Below, in pieces: positions 1 through 8,879 of a stretch of DNA of 32,983 nt. The notes under the pieces were generated by a model. It was given only the letters and a program-made list of their open reading frames with translations. It was not told where the DNA came from and did no database searches. A program made the position numbers and the translations under genes. Positions within the stretch are counted from its first letter, which is position 1; every line of letters begins with the position of its first letter. This stretch comes from Toensbergia leucococca (taxonomy: Eukaryota): assembly GCA_022813965.1 (NCBI GenBank), contig JALDZS010000235.1:1-32983 (forward strand), written 5' to 3'.

Positions 1-43
1 TGTTAATCCTCTCCGGCGGTGAAGAGTTTTATAGACTAGATAG

Positions 44-1369
44 ATCTTTGCGTTTTTGCTCTTTTGCTCTTTAGTCAATGCAAAGACCATAAAACCTCCA
101 GAGACAACAACCCCAAATGAATTCAATGAGTCAGATGCAAGGCTCTCAATAGTCGACCGACTATTTAGCAGACTATTAGTCTTTGGTAGTTGATTGTTAA
201 ATAGTCCGTCTGATTCTTGATTTAGGTAGTCGATTCTTTGGTAGTCGATTATTCCTCGGACTAATAGTTGAGTGATCATTTTGATGATTATTTGAGGGGG
301 GTGTTTTTGGTATGTAAACACCTCAAATGGGCCTAATCATAGCCTGAATAGGCTTAGGTTCATTCTGAAATCCGAACTTTCCCTCCATCATTTGTCGTGA
401 TTCATGCCGATGAGTGAAATGCGGCAAGTTTAGGCGACACCTCACCTAGGATTTCCGGATTTCAGTTGTCGGCACGAGCGTGACTACCAAATATTTGTCC
501 ATTTTCATCAATATTCATGGATAGTGATAGCGAGCATGGACTAATAGTCTTAATAGTCAGACTATTAGGCAGCTGATTCTTGGTTCAGGACGGACTACCG
601 ACTAATAGTCTGGGTGTTAAATAGTCAGTTCTACCCTCAGGACTAATAATCTAGACTATTAGGAGCCTTAGTCAGATGTACGGATGCACGACCAGGGTGA
701 TAGTATGGCCGGAACATGGCAGCTACTAGGCAATGGCCAATGTCATTCCTTTGAGCACCTCCTTCGCTCGTTTATGTTAGCTAATCCTAATACTTTCCGA
801 CTTCGAAGGCTTACGTACGCGCTTTACAAGAATGGATTGAGTATCCTGAAAAGCCCAATGATCTAGAGACGCCGTTGAGTCAAGGACCCTTTTGGGAAAC
901 TTTCAAGAAGGCTATCAGATGGTACTATAGCTATGAAAAAACGTCACTCTTCTTGTCTATAATTTCTTTGAGAGACTGACCTGCGCGAGTACCATCATGG
1001 TACGAAAATTGGGCATCACCGCAACCATGTACTCATTTCGAGGCAACTATTAGTAGTGCTCCATCACTACCGAGTAGCTATATGTCAAGATGTGGACGCC
1101 GATCAATATCATTCTGCTGAGCTTGGGGAATGCCTTTGATGACAGTCTAATGAACGGCGAAGGGCTATGCGACCCTAAGTACGAAAGTTTCGTTCTTCAC
1201 TAACCTTACAACATCATGGGTAGATTCGGCTTAATGTTCTGCGACATTAGGACAAAATTGCATCTTACGAAGTTTCGGGATCATGATTCAAGTATGGAAT
1301 GAAGTCCCAAGGTCGTTACAGACGGAGACTGCTAATCTAGGCTCCGGACATACTCAACCCCATTTTTAA
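44..1369 (+). pseudogene. Possible disrupted multi-exon gene, perhaps for a secreted protein; family unknown
   Basis: 44-137 reads IFAFLLFCSLVNAKTIKPPETTTPNEFNESD (signal-peptide-like) and joins in frame to ORF 684-866 when the transposon and one TSD copy (138-678) are removed. Two well-formed intron-like segments lie downstream: 1179-1223 (GTACGA..CTAAC..TAG) and 1292-1340 (GTATGG..GCTAAT..TAG). No start codon and no single consistent spliced model could be built. Confidence 0.3.
138..670. mobile_element. MITE / non-autonomous TIR DNA transposon, hAT-like (533 bp)
   Basis: Terminal inverted repeats CAAGGCTCTCAATAGTC (138-154) and GACTATTAGGAGCCTTA (654-670) match at 14/17. A perfect flanking direct repeat GTCAGATG lies at 130-137 and 671-678. 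About ten or more exact or near-exact GACTATT/AATAGTC motifs cluster near both ends. No transposase ORF. Confidence 0.85.
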
Positions 1370-1909
1370 TACAACAACACGCCATTCTTGACATGTTGAA
1401 GCAATCCGTGATTTTGCAAGCGACAACAAGTCAATAATTAAATAACGTCTGATCTTAAAACAGTCGATCATCGAATCCTGATTTCGTAACGTGGGAGTTT
1501 TGTCGCGGGAAAGTGTGACAGCGACAGCGAGGGCTTTCGTAGGTGCGTCCTACTATTCCTACGAGAGGGCACTAAGGGATAAAAGTGTTATGGATCGGGC
1601 GGTAGTGAGGATGTTTTCGATGGCACGAGTGCTGGAGAGATGTTTCTTTGACGTGAGATTCTTGGCATTTCCTTTTCGCATCCACCTTAATAAGCCCTCT
1701 GACACAAGACACTCTGAAGCTCGAGCAATTATTACGATTATCGCACTAGCCATAGCCCCCAAGTTCGAAACAGCTACATTTTGATGCTTTAAAACCGCCA
1801 ACATCTACGATAGTCGCCAAGGACCACGCCCATCACAATGATTCTTCCTCCTCTCCTCCAGCGTCTCCTCTTCACAAGACACCACTCCCTCATCTCTTGG
1901 CTCGGTGAT

Positions 1910-2229
1910 TTACTTCTTGACGCTGAGTACTTCATTCGCCATTTTGGAGTCCCTTTCTATGGTATTCTCGTCTATGAAGATGTACGTGACAGCTGCATCA
2001 GCTACTTCGGCAGCGCGTTTATCTACCGCTATCTTCACTGTTTCCTTGTCTAAGAATTTGTAGGCGACTGCTGCATCAGCTACTTCGGCAGCGCGTTTGT
2101 CTAAGATTGACTGTGTGAGTGCTGTCGGATGGCTGTGAGAGACCTGAAGAACTTACTGACTTTCATTGAGAGCGCAAGGGCACCGCTTCCAAAAAGGAGG
2201 GCCGAGAACAGAAGATACGAGGGATGCAT
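1910..2229 (-). CDS. Secreted Kex2-processed repeat protein; putative dikaritin-type RiPP precursor (89 aa)
   Basis: Exons 2229-2161 and 2110-1910, with a phase-0 50-nt intron 2160-2111 (GTCAGT..CTCAC..CAG). Translation: MHPSYLLFSALLFGSGALALSMK|SILDKR AAEVADAAVAYKFLDKETVKIAVDKR AAEVADAAVTYIFIDENTIERDSKMANEVLSVKK*. Hydrophobic signal peptide ending in ALA, two DKR sites, and the repeats are in frame. Confidence 0.85.
1992..2098. repeat. Coding direct repeat, 29 bp identical, 78-bp period
   Basis: GCTGCATCAGCTACTTCGGCAGCGCGTTT occurs at 1992-2020 and 2070-2098. It encodes KRAAEVADAA on the minus strand. The period equals 26 codons. Confidence 0.95.
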
Positions 2230-3088
2230 TGGCTTGCTTGCCGTTGATGGTGAGTAGAAATGAGGTATGGAAATGATCTTCCCGAAATTTTGTCTTGCGT
2301 GCGTCGAGTGAATGGGCTTCGTGGATCGTGCTCATGGACCCGAGCCCTGAGAAGAGTGTGGCTTTTATCAATTCTTAGAGACCGACGCAGGCATTGGGAT
2401 GTCATACCGTGCTACCATTACCTGGCATTGGCGCTATGGAAATCGCATTCCCAATTAAGCTTGCAACAGTGAGTTTGCAGCTTTATCAAGTATTGTTCTT
2501 CTCTGATTGATTACATATTAGGACTAAAGCATCCCTGATAGTGAAAGATTAGCAATTGCCGTTCTGCTGCCAAGTCATCGGTCGTCAGCAAGCAACCTGA
2601 TGTATCACTTCACATCGTGGGCCCAGCAAAAGACGTTCTTAGTTTATCTCACTACCACATGACACATTTTCTCGCTGTATGATGTGCCGATGCAATGCAA
2701 TGCAATGCATTTAGTCATTCGTCCGCCTACCATGTATCACGCTGTTGATGTTTTTCTCTGATTCGAAGAACACCGTTATTTGAACATGGTCATCTAGTTG
2801 CAGTATGCAGTCGACTTATAAAGGCAGTCTCATATGACCACACGTATTCGCTCATCGTGTCGCTGCCTCTATGGCTCAATCATATAATTGTAGCCACCCA
2901 GTAAGGAAAGTATCACGTTCTGGTTAAAGCCAATGGATGACTCCTCCAGTTATTCGAGGCCTGGTGTGAGGAGTCTCGATTAAAAATACCTCTACTGAGT
3001 ATTTCAGAGCTAATTGGGTCTCTTGCTCAATCAACGACCCCAAACACTCTTTATTCAAGTCTTCTCTATCCAAGCTGCGAGTCTAACC
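2230..3088. promoter_or_regulatory. Putative bidirectional promoter region between the precursor and the UstYa-like gene
   Basis: 859-bp interval between two divergent ATGs (2229 minus, 3089 plus). It contains a TATAAA element near 2817-2822 and a short (ATGCA)4 tract near 2690-2709. Function is inferred from position only. Confidence 0.4.
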
Positions 3089-3473
3089 ATGTTTTTCTTC
3101 CGACCATGGCTTTGGTTTAGCAACCGGTACGTGATTGTGTCTTCTACTGACGATATAGAGCACAAAGGTCCCGCTTTCTTGAGAAACAGCGATCAGAACC
3201 CATTGCGCAGACACAGAAAGGCTCCAGCGCATCTTGTATATATCATCTTCACCATCGTACTGATGATAACTGGACTGGCTGGATTCTCCATCGGCAAGCA
3301 GATCGACCAGGTCTACGGAGTCGGTGTGTCTTGCCGACACGAATCTGGAGCCCTTCGAGGCGGAATTCAGGGGTGCCCCGGGATTTGGGAAGCCCAAGGT
3401 TTGTCGGGATTATGCCAAGGTTGTGGAGTGGACGGACAAGTGGAGGGTCAACGATGTTTCTAGTATTCTATAA
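3089..3473 (+). pseudogene. DUF3328 / UstYa-family oxidase gene, internally deleted and frameshifted
   Basis: N-terminal part from ATG 3089 reads MFFFRPWLWFSNRY...RRHRKAPAHLVYIIFTIVLMITGLAGFSIGKQIDQ (basic patch plus a single TM helix). A different frame, 3324-3473, reads VCLADTNLEPFEAEFRGAPGFGKPKVCRDYAKVVEWTDKWRVNDVSSIL*, which matches the characteristic UstYa C-terminus (C-x-ADTxLE...GxG...CRD...W). Both HxxHC motifs, which normally lie between these parts, are absent. Confidence 0.85.
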
Positions 3474-4512
3474 CAAGGTCTCTGTAAGCATGACTGGAGT
3501 TGTTGTCTTGACTGCACTTTTGATACGAGCTGACTTAAAGTAGGAGACCGGGAGAACTTGGCATACTTTCCCTGACACAGAGGCTCGGTATCTTCAATAT
3601 ATCATGAGCGTAGTAATACACTCACACCTATTTCCTTAATAAGCTGACTACCCTACCACAATTTTCCCGCCACTCTCGCCACTTTTAATCTGCTGTAGTA
3701 TATTACTCGCCAGAATCAAGCCTTCTCCAAATCCCACCAAGTGACTTCCTTGATTTTTCTTGTTTCCAAATATTTTCAGTAAAGTGCTGAACCCACAAGC
3801 AGTCAATCATCTTTGACGTCTCACTGACTAACGCCACCATCAATGCATGATCTTTCTTGAATGCGCGATCAACTTTGTTCAATATATTCCGAGGCAATTA
3901 TAAAGGCAATACGGATACCAGGTTCATCTTGCTGGTACTTGGCAGCCGTGCAAATGAACTCTGTTGCTGATAGCGAGATGATGTCGATGAACAAAGCCCT
4001 AGAAATGCATCAGGTGAATCAGACTTCACTAAGTCATTGTCTCTTTCACTTGGAGTTCTACAGAGCGTGAACAAAGCCAACTCAACAAACACTGCATGTA
4101 TCCATACTGACGTCCAGATAATACTCTGAGCTTTCGGTCATGGACGCTGAGCCATGAAAGAGTCTCCAAGGACAATGTTTGACGAAAACCGTGGTTGATA
4201 GCTGATCTGATTACAATCGGAAGCTTTTCTCAAGAACTTCATTGTCCCTGGCTCGAGGGAAGTATTCAATAGAGCAAACTCAATTTCCGACAACAACACT
4301 TCCTAACGGGATTCACACTCCCTACATTGATAGTGTTGAAGACTTTTACTAATATCCTTCACTTCAAACTATATATACTTCACCTACCACGGTACTCCTT
4401 CTTTATCATCTGCCATCAAACACAACATACCCCATCTTAAATCAAGTAAGACGTTATTGCTCAGCCGTTCACAAACCTGGACAATAATACCAGATTTCTC
4501 GCCTCCTACGAT

Positions 4513-5695
4513 ATGGACGGTCTAAAACATTTGTCGACGCCGCGTTACTTTATCGCCCGTCCAGATGGAACGCTCACCCCACTCATAGCGATGGACGAGC
4601 TCCCTCTGGATGTTCGCCTAGAGGGCGTATCACGCGTCTTGAAGAGCGAAGACACCAAAGGGATGATCAGCCTTGGTGTCTCTCAATGTGGCGGAGGGTA
4701 TCATAATGCCGACACGGCGGAGTCTGACGTATCAGAGCCAAAGGCCGAAAGTGTTAGAACAACAACCGTAACTAGATCCTTTTCCACAATCTATCAAATA
4801 CAATGCTAATTAAAAACAGGGCACTACCAACACTCCACAAAACGAAACGGATAGTTCCCCAGCCTCAAACACCAGCAGCAGCAAGGAAGAAGAAGAAGAA
4901 ACTCCCCCTCCACCCAAGCATAGAGAATACTGTAGCTACTGGGTCCGCTTCGGCAAATGCGCCTACACGGACCAAGGCTGTCTCTACAAGCACATAATGC
5001 CCACCGACGCGGAAATCCTGAAGAAAATGGGATTATCCAAGCTTCCACGCTGGTTCATCGAAGCATCCGGTTACGAGATCGCCTCCAAAGGCCGGGGGAA
5101 CAAAGGTATCATGTCGCGGTCGCCTCGAGGAGGATTGAATAGAGCTGTCAGCATGACAGGACTCAGCTCATCAAAGGCCGGTAACAAACCTCCCTGTTTC
5201 CCGGATCGCGGTCGTGGGCTTGAAGGGATGTCGCGTGGACCTCATGCAAATGCGGGGATTAGACCTGCTAGCATGGTCGGATCTAACCCACAGGCTGTCA
5301 AGACCATTGTTCCCTCCTTTCGCGGCCGGGGTGCAGTCAAGTATGACGCGCCAAAGGAGATGATGCATAGAGGAGGAAACGGTAAGACTCCCCCCAAACG
5401 AGAGATTTGTCTTTCACACCATCCTAACACAATCCCAGCTCCAGTGCACACCCCGTCCTCCGCAGCAGGCACTCTTATAGACTGCTCACTCCCCAACAAC
5501 AACACGCCAGTGCCGCCGTCTTTAAAGCTCGGTGGAGGACAGCGCCAAGACGACGTCCCATTCCTTGCGCCCGCAAAAAAGCGAGTCATCCCCGCTGTGG
5601 CGCCGAAGACGGATCTTCTGACTTGGTCGCCGCCGACGTTGAGGGAGCCGAGGAGGCTGTTTGAGGAGCCGGGGGCTATGGCGAAGGAAAAGTAG
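4513..5695 (+). CDS. Fungal CCCH (C3H1) zinc-finger protein, ~376 aa
   Basis: Exons 4513-4767 and 4820-5695, intron 4768-4819 (GTAACT..GCTAAT..CAG, phase 0). The N-terminal motif is PRYFIARPDGTLTPLIAMDELP. Exon 2 contains YCSYWVRFGKCAYTDQGCLYKHIMP (C-x7-C-x6-C-x3-H) followed by LKKMGLSKLPRWF, then a low-complexity tail. Confidence 0.85.
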
Positions 5696-5951
5696 TTGAG
5701 GGGAGGGGGCTGAGTAGGTTAGTTGGATGGATGGAGAGATGGAGGGAGGGAGGGTGTGATCGATGGGACTTGGGAGAGGCTGAGTGGGGGAAGGTCCTCA
5801 TGAGGATGAACTCATAGTTTTGAGGCTCGGATATCATGGGGAGGGGAGTTTGGCATCCGCGTTGAATCTGTATCACTCGGCTAAAAAGGATCTTAGATAT
5901 GACTTGTTAATGACCGTAGCTAAATGACAACCTTTCTTTTTTTTTTTTAGG

Positions 5952-6562
5952 CTGGTGATTTATACGTGTACACCCCCTTTCGATACAAAGGACACCCCCC
6001 GCAAAATCACCGAGGGATATATTATCATTCTGCACCACATTTTGCCTCGATTCCCTACCACATTTGCAAGCTATTTAGTTGTTTCATTTGCGCGCCTTCT
6101 AGAAGCCCAAATTACCTAGGAGAAAAAGTATGCTTTTGTACCATGTCCTGACTTGGTTCCCTCACCCCTGGGCGCACGATCACCCCCTGAACGCAATCTA
6201 TCTATTCTATCTCGTTTCAAAATCATAAAAGACCCTATTATCTACAGAAACTGCCACCTCACTCCCTCTAGGTGAGGGTTCAGATTCATGAAGTGAAGGT
6301 AGATCAAAATCCATGATATTGCGCCCGGGATGAAGGATTAACTAAAAACAGGATACAATATCAGGATGCTTCCCTACAGCAGTGAAGGTGGTAGATGGCA
6401 CGCGGAAGCATGAGGTATAAGGCATGCAAAGGTGGTGGGGGAATCGAGGCAAATTGTGGTGCAGAATGATGATATTTCCCTCGGTGATCATAAATGCGCC
6501 TGAGGGGTGTTGGGGGGGGGTGTCCTTGTATCAAAAGGGGGTGTCCTGGTATCAATCCCCTG
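5952..6562. mobile_element. Degenerate MITE / foldback element with long imperfect TIRs (~611 bp)
   Basis: ~5952-6071 is the imperfect reverse complement of ~6422-6562. For example, ATCACCGAGGGATATATTATCATTCTGCACCACATTTTGCCTCGATTCCC aligns with the reverse complement ATCACCGAGGGAAATATCATCATTCTGCACCACAATTTGCCTCGATTCCC. The right end reads CAGGGG on the minus strand. ACACCCC sub-repeats are present. No TSD was recognised and there is no transposase. Confidence 0.75.
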
Positions 6563-6950
6563 CATAAACTCACATCATAATTCATATTCAATTATTTAAA
6601 CCCAAATGCATTACTGTTGGAAATCAAGAGAGAGTCTCAAAAAAAAAGTCACATAAGATCTTCAGTGAGTGATTAAATATGAGTCACATTTCATACTCAA
6701 GCTGAGAGACAGTCCGTCAGCACTAGCGGGATTTATTCATTTATTCTTCACTGACTCATACCTAAGGTGATACAAAGGTCATTTGCAGCGCTGAAACTAT
6801 CTCATGCTCGGAATAGACCACTTTTCTATGAATAGATCACTTCTTTATATAAACATTCATCACCACGGCTGACAAGTATGACAGATCAACGTCTCCTCAA
6901 ACCACATCCTGCATACTTTAAGCTCTCTAGAAACACAATTCGAACGTCCA

Positions 6951-7901
6951 ATGTCATCATCAAGCCCTACTAATTGTCGATACCGTCTCGATACAACAAG
7001 CTCAGCCACCCTCGTCCTCGCCGACGGGCGAAAATTAGGGTACGCTGAATACGGCGCCCCCACCGGCCAACCCATTCTTTATTGCCACGGCTTCCCCGGT
7101 TCTCGACTCGAGGCTACCGCTTTTGATCACGTGGCTTCGAGAGTAGGCGCACGCATCATAGCTGTTGATCGCCCAGGCTTCGGATGGAGCTCGCCGCACA
7201 AAAATCGGACCCTACTCAGTCACGCACAGGATGTGGAGGCCCTCGGAAACCATCTCAGGCTCCAAAAGTACGGAGTACTAGGCATCTCGGGTGGTGGACC
7301 GTACGCCCTCGCTTGCGCGCGATCGCTGCCTGCTGATAAATTGCGGGCGGTCTCTATCGTCTGCGGCCTTGGATCGCCTGACATGGGCTACAGCGGGATG
7401 AATTGGTTCCATTGGATAGGGTGGGCGTTTGGAGCGCGCATGTTTCCGGGCATCTGCCGTTGGTGGTTCAGTCGCGAGCCGGGAGCACGAATCGATTTGA
7501 GCGACGAGGAACGATTGAGACTTCTACAGAAGGGTTTTGAGAAGGGTAAGGCTAAAATGAATCCGAAGGATATTGCTGTGTTTGGTGATATGGACTTCAT
7601 GTTGATGCATTTACGGTCCTCGAGAGAGGCGTTCGGGCAGGGGATGGATGGATTCTCGGATGATTTCAGGTTGCTGAATGCGGATTTTGGATTCAAGATT
7701 GAGGATATTAGAAAGGATTTACCGGTCCAGCTGTGGCATGGAAGGTTGGATACGTATGTGCCGTTGCAACATGGGGAGAAGGTTGCTGCGAGATTGGGCG
7801 ATAACGCGCATCTAAGAGTCAGTGATGATACGCATGCGAGTATCTTTGCGGATCGGATGGAAGAGTACCTAGGAGAGTTGGTGAGGGCTATGAAGGCCTG
7901 A
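6951..7901 (+). CDS. Alpha/beta-fold hydrolase (316 aa)
   Basis: Intronless ORF with LADGRKLGYAEYG, HGFPGSR (oxyanion region), DRPGFG, the nucleophile elbow GISGG, LWHGRLD (acid residue) and a C-terminal His (DDTHAS). Confidence 0.92.
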   Translation: MSSSSPTNCRYRLDTTSSATLVLADGRKLGYAEYGAPTGQPILYCHGFPGSRLEATAFDHVASRVGARIIAVDRPGFGWSSPHKNRTLLSHAQDVEALGNHLRLQKYGVLGISGGGPYALACARSLPADKLRAVSIVCGLGSPDMGYSGMNWFHWIGWAFGARMFPGICRWWFSREPGARIDLSDEERLRLLQKGFEKGKAKMNPKDIAVFGDMDFMLMHLRSSREAFGQGMDGFSDDFRLLNADFGFKIEDIRKDLPVQLWHGRLDTYVPLQHGEKVAARLGDNAHLRVSDDTHASIFADRMEEYLGELVRAMKA

Positions 7902-8879
7902 TCTGCCGCTGGTAGGGCCCCGCTCATTTTCGAAGTCAACTCCTCTCACTTGATGGCTACCCCTTTTGAAGCAGATGAATAGGTACTCGTGGATTCGGAA
8001 GACTCGGAAGATATCTGAAACTCTAGGCGAGTCTCAACCACTCTGGCCTTTGTATTATAGAAGTACACATCACTCATGCATATCTTCATTGTTCCTGGCT
8101 GCACGTCTGCCATGCTACGACATTTCCTGCTAGTTGAACGTCGAATCTTGAGCTCCGCCATGGACGAGCAAGCTCGTTGATGCGATATAAGCACCTAATT
8201 CGGCAGGAGCTTGGTACTTAGACGCGATTGCTGAGGCAGGTAGATGATGCAATCCTGGCTCTATCGAATGCAATGATATCTGCGGACCTCAGTCTTGTGT
8301 TGCAGGAAGATATAGGCTGTACGCTGGGTGTTGATTTCTTCCACACGAAGCTCGATCAAATGGACCCTTATTTCACAAGAAAGTTCTTGGTATGGATCAG
8401 AAGGACATGCTGGCCTGATGGTCCACCTTGCATTGGCCTATCGAAATTACTATATACAGTGATCTAGTGACGGAAGCAACCTTCAGCGAGAAGTAATGCT
8501 GTTGGTAGCCTTCAGAGGTGGAGCATGGCCCTCGAGCGTGTATGCACGTACGTGCGTGGCCTCGGAGGGTTCCCATTTCGGTCCAAATAAGGGCCAAGGG
8601 CACCTGCGTGCTGCCCTTTAGAGATGACATCGAAGACTCGAAAGTGTGACTAGTCGGAGACGACATGAATGAATTCTCGAGGATGAAAAAGAAGAAAGAA
8701 GAAAGAAGATAGAAGGACCTGCGCAGGGTGAGCCGAGGGAGATTCGTGCCGGAATATCCATATCCCGAATGTCCGCACGGAATATTCTAAAGGCGGCGGT
8801 AAGTGCTGACTATTCTACTCTAACCCGATCAGGCGCGCCGCAAGATATAAAAAAGCCATCTCTCATCTGTTCCTTCATC

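Noticed and set aside
1491..1804. Overlapping 97-aa and 81-aa ORFs
   Set aside because: Non-ATG starts and no recognisable motif or splice structure.
1992..2098. 29-bp repeats with a 49-bp spacer as a CRISPR array
   Set aside because: Only two copies, in a eukaryotic context with no cas genes. The repeat is explained as in-frame coding sequence.
1910..2229. Alpha-factor-like mating pheromone precursor
   Set aside because: It lacks the runs of X-A/X-P dipeptides and the near-identical, often Cys/Trp-containing mature repeats typical of these pheromones. The adjacent DUF3328 gene favours a RiPP.
3311..3320. GTCTACGGAG as an intron restoring the UstYa frame
   Set aside because: Removing it restores the frame, but 10 nt is far too short to splice, and the HxxHC motifs would still be missing.
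3014..3463. 149-aa ORF as an intact membrane protein
   Set aside because: Its C-terminal ~50 residues are the off-frame reading of the UstYa C-terminus, and its TTG start is not credible.
3703..4280. Minus-strand ORF fragments, checked for the missing UstYa middle
   Set aside because: No HxxHC or other family motif was found. The fragments cannot be assigned.
7946..8666. Minus-strand ORF fragments divergent from the F-box gene
   Set aside because: No consistent exon model and no recognisable domain.
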